From the NCBI GenBank assembly GCA_016934575.1, contig JAFGSN010000007.1, positions 528-64,527 on the forward strand: a DNA stretch of 64,000 nt, in the 5' to 3' direction. Below, piece after piece: positions 21,686 through 31,755 of this stretch. Position 1 is the first letter of the stretch, and every line of letters starts with the position of its first letter. Both the position numbers and the translations under genes were made by a program. This DNA is from Vicinamibacteria bacterium. GTDB lineage: Bacteria > Acidobacteriota > Vicinamibacteria > Fen-336. Below the pieces are notes generated by a model. The model was not told the origin of the DNA. It saw only the letters and a list, made by a program, of their open reading frames with translations, and searched no databases.

Positions 21686-22217
21686 GGGACTCCCCCTGCG
21701 CGCCGAGCGCCCGGCGCAGCCGCTGCTTCGCTCGAAACAGAAGCACCGCCACGTTCTGCCGCGTGAGATCCAGCGCGGCCGCGATCTCGTCGTATGTCAG
21801 CTCCTCGAAGTACCGTAAGGTCAGCGGGACACGATAGCTCTCCGGCAGATCCGCCACCGCCGTCCGCACCGCTTCGCGACGTTCTTCGCAGAGCAATTGC
21901 GTCAGCGGCCCGCCTCCAGGCTCCGCCCACTCGCGCTCCGCGCCATTCTTGAAAACGAGATTCTCCCGGCGCCGTTTCCGCAGCATGTCCATACATTGGT
22001 TGCGAGCGATGCCCAGAATCCAGCGCCGGAAAGGCAAGTTCGCGTCATACGTCGCGTATGCGCGCTGCGCCTTCAAGAACGCCTCGTTCATCGCATCCTC
22101 CGCCGCATGCGAGCCCAGAAGGTGGCGGCAGAGCGCCAGGACATCGCCCGCGTGCGCGTCGTAGAGCCGGCCAAAATCCCCGTTTTCGACGTCCTGTCGT
22201 TGGCTGGACCGATTCAG
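21675..22217 (-). CDS. ECF-type RNA polymerase sigma factor (start codon unresolved, CTG proposed)
   Basis: Region 2 (DFGRLYDAHAGDVLALCRHLLGSHAAEDAMNEAFLKA..FRRWILGIARNQCMDMLRKRRR) and region 4 (PESYRVPLTLRYFEELTYDEIAAALDLTRQNVAVLLFRAKQRL) are present. The track ORF starts at ATG 22091, inside region 2. The frame is open up to the stop at 22221-22223, and CTG at 22217-22215 is the only start-like codon. GGAGG lies at 22228-22224. Confidence 0.8.
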   Translation of the reverse strand: MNRSSQRQDVENGDFGRLYDAHAGDVLALCRHLLGSHAAEDAMNEAFLKAQRAYATYDANLPFRRWILGIARNQCMDMLRKRRRENLVFKNGAEREWAEPGGGPLTQLLCEERREAVRTAVADLPESYRVPLTLRYFEELTYDEIAAALDLTRQNVAVLLFRAKQRLRRALGAQGESHGL

Positions 22218-22299
22218 GCCTCACCTCCGTCGAGCGATTCAAGCCGACTCTATCAAGCTATACGATCGATCTTCGCCGAAAATTACATACAATCGCCCT

Positions 22300-24345
22300 A
22301 TGCCGGTCTCGGAAAACACGCCAAGCCGTTGGCTTCTCCCCCTGGCGATCCTTATCGCCATGCTCGTACGCTTTCCCTTCTGGGCGGAGGCATGGCGCAC
22401 GCCGCTTGACGCCGATACGGCGATCATCGGACTCATGGCGCGGCATCCGGCCTCAAGTCTCACGATGTGGGGTCAGCCGTACGGCTCGCCGCTGGACGCA
22501 TGGCTCGCCGCTCCGATTCTTGCTCTCATGGGATGGACGCCTCAGGCGATGCGCGTCTTCTACTTTGTGCTCGGTCTCGCTCTCGTGCCCATGACTCACG
22601 CAATGGGAAAGCGTCTTCACCCGGGGGCCGCCTTTCCCGCCGCGCTGCTCATGGCGTGCCCGCCCGCCTATTATCTGCTCCTTTCGGCCATGCCGCCGCC
22701 GCTTTATCCAACGACGCTGCTGCTTTGTGGAGGGTTGCTGATTCTCGCGATCGACATCGGTGAACGAACGACCGCGAGCGCCCGTTCTCTCCGGCGCCTC
22801 GTCCTGTGGGGCGCGCTCGCCGGTCTGGCGCTCTGGACGCACCTCGTCGCTGCAAGCGCCGTGGCCGTGACGGCGGCTTACATCCTCGTCAAGGCTCGTG
22901 CACGACGGACTTCTTTTTACGCCGCGCTCTTACCGTTGCTTGTCGCATCCAGTCCGGTGTGGATCAGGGCGGGAAGCTCCATATCGCCGACTCGTCTTCT
23001 GCGCGTGGCGGATCCTCATCGCGAGACGATCGAGCACCTGCGCCTTCTGACGCCGGATTTGCACCTGCCTCTGGGCGGCATTCTCGGAATCCACGCTCCG
23101 ATCGTGGCCGACAGCGGCGAGCACGTCGTCTCCGCGCCGCGGATCACGTCACTGGCGGTTGTCACGATCTGGGCGTTCGTTCTCGTCGGCACGTTGATCG
23201 CCGCGCGCCGCAGTCCGCCCGCTCGAATGCTATTGATCGCCGCCTTGCTTGCGATTCTCGCGTTCATGCTGCCCCTGCGCGCGCGACCCAATACGATCCG
23301 ATACATGACGCCGCTCTATGTTCCCCTGGCCGCTCTGGCCGCATGGACGCCTGTCGCCCTATCAACACGTCGGCGCGCCGCGATCCTTGCCCTGAGCCTT
23401 GCGGCTCTGAACCTTGCCGGAGCAAGTCCGCTTCTGATCGCCTGGCATCGAGCGGATCGCGACAAGGCGCCGTTCCTGCTGCCGGACCTCTCCGGAGTCC
23501 GCCGCGCGCTCGAGAACCGCGGCATCCGGCGCGCATATGCGAGTTATGGGCCCGCGTACCGTCTGACCTATGAGAGCGGCGAGAGGATCATCGTTTCACA
23601 ACCGCGCAACGAACGCTTTCCGCGCATGAAGTTGCCCTACCACGATGAGGTGCGTTTCGCGAAGAACGTGGCATGGATTCTGACGCCGGCGATTCCCTCG
23701 GACTTGCCGGCGCCGGATACGTTCGAATCGGCGCTGCGCGCGACCGGCGGAACATGGCGCCGTCTCGACGTCGGTCCCGCCGTCCTTTACTTCGACTTCG
23801 CGCCGTCGCGATCCTCGAAAGTCATGACGATCCAGGCGGCCGGCTGCGCCGGAAACGGCGATCCCGGGTCGACAGTGACGCTCGCCCCGAGGTCGCCGCT
23901 TCTTCTGCGATTTGCTCGGCCGGTCAAAATGGCGGGTCTGGCTTTCGTCGACGCCGCGCGCGGGTCGACTCTGCCCGCCGAGTTTGACGTGGATGTCAGT
24001 GAAGACGGGAAGAGATTCGAGCGTGTCCATGAACGCCGGCGTCGCGGATACGGCCTGTGGTGGGCCAATGGCCATCCCGAGTACGTCACGGATCCAGATT
24101 TCTGCGTCATTGATCTCGACGGACAACGCGTAGGCGCGATCCGCGTGACGACGCCGGAAGAGGCGCGCGACGGCTTCGGCGAGATCTTGCTCCATGTCGG
24201 AGGCGATGATGCGGCGAACCGAAGCTGGATGGAATGGCTGCCGCTCGATCTCACGTGGAACGCGCGACGCCAGGCGCTCGCCGGCGATCCACGCCGCGAT
24301 CGCGAGGACTGGCACTACCGATCGGCGATTGCTCAACGGCAATAG
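22300..24345 (+). CDS. GT-C fold membrane glycosyltransferase-like protein (PMT/ArnT-like) with soluble C-terminal domain
   Basis: 681 aa. The N-terminal half has about 11 TM helices, with an early loop TPLDADTAIIGLMA resembling the GT39/83 first-loop acidic motif. The C-terminal ~230 aa are soluble and look beta-rich. It is divergent from the ECF sigma gene. Confidence 0.5.
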   Translation: MPVSENTPSRWLLPLAILIAMLVRFPFWAEAWRTPLDADTAIIGLMARHPASSLTMWGQPYGSPLDAWLAAPILALMGWTPQAMRVFYFVLGLALVPMTHAMGKRLHPGAAFPAALLMACPPAYYLLLSAMPPPLYPTTLLLCGGLLILAIDIGERTTASARSLRRLVLWGALAGLALWTHLVAASAVAVTAAYILVKARARRTSFYAALLPLLVASSPVWIRAGSSISPTRLLRVADPHRETIEHLRLLTPDLHLPLGGILGIHAPIVADSGEHVVSAPRITSLAVVTIWAFVLVGTLIAARRSPPARMLLIAALLAILAFMLPLRARPNTIRYMTPLYVPLAALAAWTPVALSTRRRAAILALSLAALNLAGASPLLIAWHRADRDKAPFLLPDLSGVRRALENRGIRRAYASYGPAYRLTYESGERIIVSQPRNERFPRMKLPYHDEVRFAKNVAWILTPAIPSDLPAPDTFESALRATGGTWRRLDVGPAVLYFDFAPSRSSKVMTIQAAGCAGNGDPGSTVTLAPRSPLLLRFARPVKMAGLAFVDAARGSTLPAEFDVDVSEDGKRFERVHERRRRGYGLWWANGHPEYVTDPDFCVIDLDGQRVGAIRVTTPEEARDGFGEILLHVGGDDAANRSWMEWLPLDLTWNARRQALAGDPRRDREDWHYRSAIAQRQ

Positions 24346-24347
24346 AA

Positions 24348-25094
24348 TCAATCGCCCAGCAGTGATTCCAGCAGTTCGCCAGCGGCGCACACCAGGTCGC
24401 CCCAGTCGGCAATGCTACGCGAGCGCGATCCTGACGCCTCCATCGAGAACAACGGACGGGACGCCGCGTATTGTTGTTGACGCAACCGTATCATCTCGTC
24501 TTTGAGATCTTCGCGTTCGCGCGCGCGCGCCCTTGCCATGCCTCCCTCGCGCACGAAAGCGACGATCCGTCGCAACTCGTCGGCGTCGAACCAAACGCCA
24601 TGGCCCTTGCAGAGATCGACGATCACGCCCGAACAATGCGCGAAGTTCATGCGATTCATGAGACGGCCGCACTGCGGGCAGGGGATGTAGCGTATCGCGG
24701 CGGCGTTAACTTTGCTGTCCGATGAGCGCGTCGACACCGCGCCCAGGATCGCTGAATGATCCTCTCGCTCATTCAGGAGGCGCTCGAAAGCGCGCGCCTC
24801 GATCCAGGTGCCGCCGCAACGCGGGCATTCGTCGATTCCGGTCGTTCCCACGACTATCGGGCGCAGATCGTCTCGGCAACGCGGGCAACTGAAAACGACT
24901 TCGTTTTCCCTCGACGCCCGTTTCAGCTCGGCGCCGCAGCGGGAACAATGTTCCGAGCCGACAAACTGCATCCCCAGACAGAATGGGCAGGCGACGACGG
25001 CCAAGGAGACGCCGCAGTAACGACAGGCTCTTTCATCGGGCGCCGCCGGAGCGCCGCATTTCGGACAACACAGGGTCCCAGCCGTGTTTGTCAT
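24348..25094 (-). CDS. multi zinc-ribbon protein (TFIIB-type zinc-ribbon repeats)
   Basis: Four CxxC...CxxC pairs: CPKCG..CRYCG, CPFC..CSRCG, CPRC..CPRCGGTWIEARAFERLL, and CPQCGRLMNRMNF..GHGVWFDADELRRI. Confidence 0.7.
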   Translation of the reverse strand: MTNTAGTLCCPKCGAPAAPDERACRYCGVSLAVVACPFCLGMQFVGSEHCSRCGAELKRASRENEVVFSCPRCRDDLRPIVVGTTGIDECPRCGGTWIEARAFERLLNEREDHSAILGAVSTRSSDSKVNAAAIRYIPCPQCGRLMNRMNFAHCSGVIVDLCKGHGVWFDADELRRIVAFVREGGMARARAREREDLKDEMIRLRQQQYAASRPLFSMEASGSRSRSIADWGDLVCAAGELLESLLGD

Positions 25095-25297
25095 CGCGCG
25101 CGAGCAAGTATAGCCAGCGTCATCCCTTGTGTGAAGCGTGACTATCGGCTCGGCGTCGACGCTTGATGTAAAGTGCCGCCCCTCGATCCGCTCAGCGTCT
25201 CCGTTGTATACTTCATCAAGAGACGCTTGCGAAACCGAATCCTCCGGCGTCGCGTCGCGCTCAAGACGCAGCGCCGGGCCCTGGAGGTCGAGTCGCG

Positions 25298-26710
25298 ATG
25301 ATTCATCGCATCGCCGTTGCGGTATTTTTTATTTCATGTCTCGCGATCGACAAGGCATACGCCGCCGAGACGCCCGAACCCCTCTGCCCCGCGCCTGAAG
25401 TGCGATTCATGTTGCTCGATCCGGGCCGCGCCCACGCCGCCATGCTCCGGCAGGAGCTGTTCGACGGCGTCTCTCTCTATATCGACGTCTATGCGGCGTT
25501 GGACTCGGATTTGCTCGATTACCTCGACGGCGTTCGGCGGCTCAACGCGCGCGCGACAAATCCCGCAGCGTTACGGCTCGAAGTGCACGCGAGTCCGGAC
25601 TCTCTCACGCGCATGCTGGAAGAACGGCCGGGCAACGTCGTCGTTCTCTCCGGTCGAAATCGCGACAGGATTCATGCGATTCGCGCCGCGGTGGAGGCCG
25701 GATTCAGCGTGCTGGCCGACGATCCCTGGATCATCCGCGCCGAGGATCTCCCGTCGCTCGAAGCGGTTCTGATCGAGGCCGACCGGCGCGGGCTCGTCGC
25801 TTGCGATACCGCGACCGCGCGTTACGAGATCACGACGATGCTGCTCCGCGAGCTGGCCGGAGACAAGGACGTCTTCGGAAGGATCCTGACTGGCAGCGCT
25901 GGAGATCCCAGCGTCGTGATGGAAAGCGTCGGTTCAATACGTCAGTTCGCGAAAGGAACGCCGCGAGCGCGACGCGCGTGGTTCTTCGACGTCGAACAAC
26001 AGGGCGAGGGCCTGGCCGACGTGGGCGCGCGCCTGATCGACCTCATACCCTGGTTGCTTTTTCCCGAAAAGAGCATCGACGCGCAAAAGGACGTACGGAT
26101 ACTCGACGCGCGACGCTGGCCGACCATCGTGCCCCGCGCCGTCTTCCGGAGCGCCGCCGGAGTCGGCGGGTTTCCCGGCTTTCTCAAGCGGCATGTCAGC
26201 GGCGACTCTCTTGAATACTTCTGCAACGGACGCGTGAGCTTCGTGTTGCGCGGCGTTCATGCCCTCGTGACCGTCTCCCGGGGCATGGAGGCGCTTCCCG
26301 GCGACGGTGACGGCGGCCATACGATTCTCAAGGGCAGTCGCGCGCGGATCGAGGTGCGCGCGGGCGAGGCCGAGGGATTTCGTCGCGAGCTCTACGTCGT
26401 TCCGAATCAAGCCAAGGACAAGGCGCGCGTGCTCATCGCCCTGCGCAAGCGGCTCGACGGGTCGTATCCCGAGATGGATCTCGATGCACAAGGCGGTGAG
26501 ATTCGCGTCAAGATACCCGCTGCTTTGCGCGCCGACCATGAGGCATATTCCGCCGAAGCGACAAAGAGATTTCTGCGCTACTTACGCGACCGCGCGGCCA
26601 TGCCGGCGTGGGAAAAAGCGAGCATTCTGACCAAGCACTTCGTGACGACGAAGGCGATCGAGCTCAGCCGCCGGGGTCCGAGCGAAGCTCCCGAGCCATG
26701 GACGCGATAG
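25298..26710 (+). CDS. secreted protein, possibly Gfo/Idh/MocA-like oxidoreductase family
   Basis: 470 aa. Signal peptide MIHRIAVAVFFISCLAIDKAYA. The N-terminal RFMLLDPGRAHAAML.. resembles the nucleotide-binding start of a putative-oxidoreductase family. The functional call is weak. Confidence 0.4.
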   Translation: MIHRIAVAVFFISCLAIDKAYAAETPEPLCPAPEVRFMLLDPGRAHAAMLRQELFDGVSLYIDVYAALDSDLLDYLDGVRRLNARATNPAALRLEVHASPDSLTRMLEERPGNVVVLSGRNRDRIHAIRAAVEAGFSVLADDPWIIRAEDLPSLEAVLIEADRRGLVACDTATARYEITTMLLRELAGDKDVFGRILTGSAGDPSVVMESVGSIRQFAKGTPRARRAWFFDVEQQGEGLADVGARLIDLIPWLLFPEKSIDAQKDVRILDARRWPTIVPRAVFRSAAGVGGFPGFLKRHVSGDSLEYFCNGRVSFVLRGVHALVTVSRGMEALPGDGDGGHTILKGSRARIEVRAGEAEGFRRELYVVPNQAKDKARVLIALRKRLDGSYPEMDLDAQGGEIRVKIPAALRADHEAYSAEATKRFLRYLRDRAAMPAWEKASILTKHFVTTKAIELSRRGPSEAPEPWTR

Positions 26711-26774
26711 GCGCTTGAACATGAAGCGCGGCGTCAGCCCCGGGTGACGGCGCGCGAAGGAGAAGGAGGGCCGC

Positions 26775-27236
26775 ATGATCTCGCAGAAGCTGGTTCGCCT
26801 CATCGAGACGCATGCCCGAGAGCTGAGCCATGCCTGGCTCAAGGAGGTTCGCCGGGATCCGGACACGCCCACATATCACACGTTTCCCGAAGCCCGGCTC
26901 TCCGAGCGCGTCGACGACGTCTTCGCGCACCTCGGCCGCTTCGTGGGATGCGAGACCAATATCGACGAAGTCGAGCGAACCTACACGTCCCTCGGCGTCG
27001 AGCGGCTTCGGGAGGGATTTCGGTTGAGTGAGGTGCTGCGCGCCCTGATGCTCACGAAAAAGCAGCTCTGGAATTTCGTGCTCGAGCATGGATTCTTCGA
27101 TTCCGTGGTCGAGCTGTACCAGACGTTGGAGCTGTATAACTCAGTTGTCGTCTTTTTCGATCGCGCCGCCTTTTTCACCGCGCGCGGTTACGAGGATGAG
27201 GCGTCTCGTCGAGCGGCCGGCGCGCGACCGGCATAG
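26775..27236 (+). CDS. hypothetical protein (helical, RsbR-N / globin-sensor-like by eye)
   Basis: 153-aa ORF with coding-like composition. The helical pattern LIETHARELSHAWLKEV...LWNFVLEHG is present. No catalytic motif was recognised. Confidence 0.4.
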   Translation: MISQKLVRLIETHARELSHAWLKEVRRDPDTPTYHTFPEARLSERVDDVFAHLGRFVGCETNIDEVERTYTSLGVERLREGFRLSEVLRALMLTKKQLWNFVLEHGFFDSVVELYQTLELYNSVVVFFDRAAFFTARGYEDEASRRAAGARPA

Positions 27237-27981
27237 CGATTCGTCGGGCGATACAACGCGAGGCGCGCGCCGGCGTCCGTCCGCGCCTCCGACTCGAACC
27301 GCGACCGGCTTTGCTCCGGACCTGTTTCGATTCCTTCGCGAGCTTAAACGTCACAACGACCGGCGCTGGTTTCAGGCCAGAAAAGCGCGCTATGAGCGTG
27401 ACGTGCGCGATCCCATGCTGCGCTTCATCGCCGCCGCCGCCGCGCCGCTTCGCCGCATCAGTCCATGCGTCGTCGCCGATCCCCGGCCCAGCGGCGGCTC
27501 GATGTTTCGCATATACCGCGACGTTCGCTTCGCGAAGAACAAAGATCCGTACAAGACGCATGTCGCGGCGCATTTTCGCCATGCCGCCGCGCGCGACGTG
27601 CACGCCCCCGGTTTCTATCTACACCTCGAGCCGAACGACGTTTTCTTCGGCGCGGGCATCTGGCGTCCGGACCCTGAAACGCTTTACGCCATTCGGCGCG
27701 CGATCGTCGAGAACGACGCGCTCTGGAGAAAGCTCACGACACACCGTGGCTTCCGGGCGATCTGTCGGATCGACGGAGATTCCGTCGCGCGCGTGCCGCC
27801 CGGATTCGATCCCGAACATCCGCTCAAAGACGACATCAGATTGAAGGACTTCACCGTGATCGCCGAGGTCGCGAAAACCGCCGCGCTGCGTTCGAGCTTC
27901 CTGGATCGGTTCGTTCGCTTCTGTCGCATCACCGCGAGCCTGAACGAGTTCCTCGCGCGCGCCCTGGGCCTCGATTGGTAA
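27196..27981 (+). CDS. DUF2461 (TIGR02453) family protein
   Basis: LFRFLRELKRHNDRRWFQARKARYERDVRDPML and RIYRDVRFAKNKDPYKTHVAAHF..GFYLHLEP..FFGAGIWRP are hallmark blocks of this family. The start is set at ATG 27196, the only canonical start near the domain. Confidence 0.75.
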   Translation: MRRLVERPARDRHSDSSGDTTRGARRRPSAPPTRTATGFAPDLFRFLRELKRHNDRRWFQARKARYERDVRDPMLRFIAAAAAPLRRISPCVVADPRPSGGSMFRIYRDVRFAKNKDPYKTHVAAHFRHAAARDVHAPGFYLHLEPNDVFFGAGIWRPDPETLYAIRRAIVENDALWRKLTTHRGFRAICRIDGDSVARVPPGFDPEHPLKDDIRLKDFTVIAEVAKTAALRSSFLDRFVRFCRITASLNEFLARALGLDW

Positions 27982-28068
27982 ACACGGGATTCGCGGCGTC
28001 GCAAACGGTGAAGCGGAGACGTGCGCCGTGCTTCCGCCGGCTCATGCCGAATCGCCCGTGTCCTTTCG

Positions 28069-28665
28069 TCAGCCTTGTTTGCCCTCGACCGCGCATAGAA
28101 GAATCGCCGCCGCCAGGCCCAGACGGCGGTCGAGACGATCGGCGACATCGGGAGCGAAGTCCAGATTGAGCTTGATGACGAAGGGATTGACGTTCTGCCG
28201 GAAATGGGCGACGACGGCGCCATCGACCTCGACCGAGTAACGTTGAGGAACGAGGTTGGTGAGGAATCGCCGCACGAGCGCCAGCGCCGTGCTGTCCTCG
28301 ATGACGCGCCCAATCTCGCGGTCGTGGGCGTCCATCAGTATCCATTCATCGCGGAGCAGAGATCTCCATCCCTTACGTTTTACCGACCCCACCTTGGACC
28401 GACTGGGCGTGTCGACGACGTCATAGGCGGCTGAAAAATCCAATATCTGGCGCGCCTTGATGGTCAGGAGCTCCTGACTCATGTCCTCGCCGGCGTAGAG
28501 GCGGATGTCCTCGCGAAGCTTGAAAGCCTTCATGCGGGAAAAAAGCGCGACGCTGCCTGTCGAATCGAAGATATGGAAATCCGCCCCCAGTATCTTCAGG
28601 ATCTTCCGCCGAATCAGATAGGTCGGATGCCGATAGACGTCGGCCAGGGACGCATTGACGCTCAT
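28069..28665 (-). CDS. hypothetical protein, LURP-one-related/scramblase-like (tubby-C-like) family
   Basis: 198 aa. YLIRRKILKILGADFHIFDSTGSVALFSRMKAFKLREDIRLY resembles bacterial LOR/scramblase-like proteins. The call is tentative. Confidence 0.45.
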   Translation of the reverse strand: MSVNASLADVYRHPTYLIRRKILKILGADFHIFDSTGSVALFSRMKAFKLREDIRLYAGEDMSQELLTIKARQILDFSAAYDVVDTPSRSKVGSVKRKGWRSLLRDEWILMDAHDREIGRVIEDSTALALVRRFLTNLVPQRYSVEVDGAVVAHFRQNVNPFVIKLNLDFAPDVADRLDRRLGLAAAILLCAVEGKQG

Positions 28666-28705
28666 TGATCAACCTCCAATCGAACGGTTATCGACGTACA
28701 TAGCC

Positions 28706-30394
28706 TCATGGCGCGGAAGTCGCCGCAAGCTGGGCTTCGTTGGCCATGAGATGCAGTTGTTCCGGCAAGGGCGGCTCACGCAATCCGTTGAGCGAGAACA
28801 CGCGCATCGGCAGATAGGGATAGGCCTTGATGCGAAGCGCGCCATGCAGGTTTTTGGCGGCGTTCAGCTCGGCGTCGCCGAGCAACATCAAACACGGCTC
28901 ATTTGAGCGTGCGATCTCCGCGAAATCGCAGCTTTCGTACGTTTCGACCCGGGTTGAAAAAATGATGTCCCGCTGGACGTGCGTGGGGTCCTCGCACAGC
29001 GCCAGTCGGACTTCGGGGCGGATGGCGTGTTCGCGGAGCACGTGTTTCAGGATGGCGCGATTGGGCTGGCCGGCGCCGAAAGCGGGCTGCCATACGTAAA
29101 CGAGAATGCCGAAGACGACCGCCATGCCCGCGGCCAGAAGGGCGACGACACGAAATGGACGCGTGTCCAGGACCGCGGGCCCCAGAGCCACGACCACCAC
29201 GCCGGCGACAAGCACGGAAAGGAGTTGCGTCGCGCCCTCGGCGCGCCAACCCCGAGGCGTCAAAGCCGACACGACGGGCACGGCGAGCAACACCAGGCAG
29301 ACCAGAATCGAGACGGCCCGCGAGTACGCGCGCTCGGCGCGACGCCATTCCACGGTCGCGAGGTGTCGTCCGATGACAAGCGCGGCCAGCGGGTAGAGCG
29401 GCAACAGATAGTAGTCGAGCTTGCCGCGCGCGAGGCTCAGGGGCGCAACCATGAGCGCCAACGCGAAGAGCAATCGGCGCGCGTGACGGGCGCTATCGCC
29501 TTCTTTCTCCTTGATGGCGCGCATGACCGCCCACGGGAGGAGGAGAGACCACGGGAATCCCTGCGCGAAATACGTGATGAGGTAGTATCCCGGCCCTCGA
29601 CCCAGGTCGAAAGTGGACCCGGAGAAGCGTTCGAGATTCTCCCGCAGGAAAAAGTAATCGAGCGGCGCCCAGCCGAAACGCGCGACGACGGAGACGTACC
29701 AGCTCAGCCCCGTCGCCGCGAAACAACAGACGGCCAGTAATACGGCGCCCGGAGAAGGGATCGGCGCGCGGCGGCGCATCCCGAAGACGAAGGGCAAAAT
29801 CGCAAGACAGGGCAGGATCAAGGCGATGGGACCCTTGGCAAGAAAGCCGAAGCCCAGAACGGCGCCGATGGTCGGGTAAATGATCGCGGGCGCCGGAGCG
29901 TGAAGCGCGCGGATGATGAGCGCCGCCGCCGCCGTGGTGCAAAGCGTCATAGGCATGTCCGACATGACGATACGGCCGAAGCTCAGAAACGGAAGCGTCG
30001 TCGCGAGCACCACGCCTCCCGCTAGCGCCGAGCGTCGATCAAACAACTGCGCGCCGAGCCGGACCGTCAGGATGAGACACAGCAGGGCGCACAGCGCCGG
30101 CACGACGCGCGCCGCTCCGGGCGTTACGCCAAAGACACGGAAAGCCGCGGCGACAAGCCAGTACGTCAGGGCGGGTTTGTCGAAGAACGGCGTCCCGCGG
30201 TAGTAGGGAATCAGCCAGTCGCCGCGTTCGACCATCGAACGCGCGCCGGTCATGAAATAGACTTCGGCGCGCTCGAGAGTGCCCGTGCCGCCCGCGGGCA
30301 AGAGCAGGGCGATCACGGCCAGCGCCAGCAAGCTCACATGAACGGCATGGGAGCGTGATATGAGCAAGAGTTGACGCGAGACTGTCTTTTTCAA
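28706..30394 (-). CDS. glycosyltransferase family 39/83 (ArnT-like) membrane protein
   Basis: ERAEVYFMTGARSMVERGDWLIPYYRGTPFFDKPALTYWLVAAAF is the classic ArnT/PMT N-terminal loop, followed by more than 10 TM helices. The ORF opens at 30451. I prefer TTG 30394, which overlaps the rlmN stop (TTGA). Confidence 0.8.
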   Translation of the reverse strand: MKKTVSRQLLLISRSHAVHVSLLALAVIALLLPAGGTGTLERAEVYFMTGARSMVERGDWLIPYYRGTPFFDKPALTYWLVAAAFRVFGVTPGAARVVPALCALLCLILTVRLGAQLFDRRSALAGGVVLATTLPFLSFGRIVMSDMPMTLCTTAAAALIIRALHAPAPAIIYPTIGAVLGFGFLAKGPIALILPCLAILPFVFGMRRRAPIPSPGAVLLAVCCFAATGLSWYVSVVARFGWAPLDYFFLRENLERFSGSTFDLGRGPGYYLITYFAQGFPWSLLLPWAVMRAIKEKEGDSARHARRLLFALALMVAPLSLARGKLDYYLLPLYPLAALVIGRHLATVEWRRAERAYSRAVSILVCLVLLAVPVVSALTPRGWRAEGATQLLSVLVAGVVVVALGPAVLDTRPFRVVALLAAGMAVVFGILVYVWQPAFGAGQPNRAILKHVLREHAIRPEVRLALCEDPTHVQRDIIFSTRVETYESCDFAEIARSNEPCLMLLGDAELNAAKNLHGALRIKAYPYLPMRVFSLNGLREPPLPEQLHLMANEAQLAATSAP

Positions 30395-31470
30395 TGCGGT
30401 TTTTGACTCGAGGAACGGCGCGTGGCGTGAAGCTGGCCACAGGCCGCGCATATATCCTGGCCACGCGGACGTCGCACGACAACCGTCATGCCCGCTTCGG
30501 CAAGGAGACGTCCGAAAGCGTCCACGGTCCCGGGCGAGGAGGGTTGGAAGGGAATCTCGGGCGCGGGGTTCAGCGGCATCAGATTCACCTTCCCGCGAAT
30601 CCCCTTGAGCAGGCCGATCAGCTCCCGGGCTTCTCTCGGCGAATCGTTGACGCCCTTGATCAAAACGTACTCGAACGTGAGCCGACCGCCGCGAGGAATG
30701 GGATAGCGCCGGGCCACAGCGAGAACGTCCTTGATCGGAAAACGCGCCTCGATCGGCATGAGGGCGCGCCGGAGATCGGTCCGGGGCGCATGGAGACTGA
30801 TCGCCAGATTGGGCAAACGGGGCTCTTCGAGCAGCCGCTCCAGGGCGGGAAGAACGCCGGCCGTCGAGAGCGTCAGTCTTCGCGGCGGTACGCCGAATCC
30901 TTCGGGATCCATGAGAATGAGCATGGCTCTGCGCGTTGCCTCGAGATTAAGCAGCGGTTCGCCCATTCCCATGATGACCACGTTCCATGGACGTTCAATT
31001 CCCCGCATGTCCGCGACGGCCGTCGCGGCCTGCATGAGTATCTCGGCCGCGGTGAGGTTGCGCCGAAATCCATGACGGCCCGTGAGACAGAAAGCGCAGC
31101 ATAACGGGCAACCGGCCTGCGTGGACAGGCAAAGCGTCCATCGTCTCGGCTCCGGTATCAGAACGCTCTCCACCATGACGCCGTCGCTCAACTCGATGAG
31201 ATACTTGATCGTGCCGTCGCGCGCGACGAGTCGCTCGATCGGATCCGTCCGACTTAGCGAGAAATCCTCCGACAGGCGACGACGCAGCGACCGCGGGAGA
31301 TCCGTCATTCCTTCGATCGACGGCACGAGCCGACGATAAAGCCATTCGTAGATCTGCTGCGCGCGATACGGCGGTTGATCCATCGCCGCGACGAGCGCCG
31401 CCAGGCGGTCACGATCGAGACCGAACAGATCGGATCCCGCGACGGGCGGAGGCGATGCTTCACCAATCAC
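30391..31470 (-). CDS. rlmN: 23S rRNA/tRNA (adenine-C2)-methyltransferase RlmN (radical SAM)
   Basis: 359 aa. Contains CLSTQAGCPLCCAFCLTG (the CxxxCxxC radical SAM cluster), NVVIMGMGEPLLN and the C-terminal CAACGQL. Confidence 0.95.
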   Translation of the reverse strand: MIGEASPPPVAGSDLFGLDRDRLAALVAAMDQPPYRAQQIYEWLYRRLVPSIEGMTDLPRSLRRRLSEDFSLSRTDPIERLVARDGTIKYLIELSDGVMVESVLIPEPRRWTLCLSTQAGCPLCCAFCLTGRHGFRRNLTAAEILMQAATAVADMRGIERPWNVVIMGMGEPLLNLEATRRAMLILMDPEGFGVPPRRLTLSTAGVLPALERLLEEPRLPNLAISLHAPRTDLRRALMPIEARFPIKDVLAVARRYPIPRGGRLTFEYVLIKGVNDSPREARELIGLLKGIRGKVNLMPLNPAPEIPFQPSSPGTVDAFGRLLAEAGMTVVVRRPRGQDICAACGQLHATRRSSSQKPH

Positions 31471-31755
31471 GATACGGCGCCACTCCGCGGCAAAAACGCG
31501 TTTTGGCCGTGGCCCAAGGTTGCGTGCGCGGCCGGCCTTGAAAGGGAATGATTCATGCGCATCGAGGCCGGCGCGTTCTTCAAGAACGTCACGCCGACCC
31601 CCAAGTAGATCATATCATCCGTCGAAGCGGCGCGCCGACGCACAGGCAAAGCGTGACGACGACCATCTTGGTTATAATGAGCTTATAGTGGCCGCGAATT
31701 CAATCATGAACGCACGGCGGGACGCAATCGACCGGGACCGCTGGAGCAACCGGCG

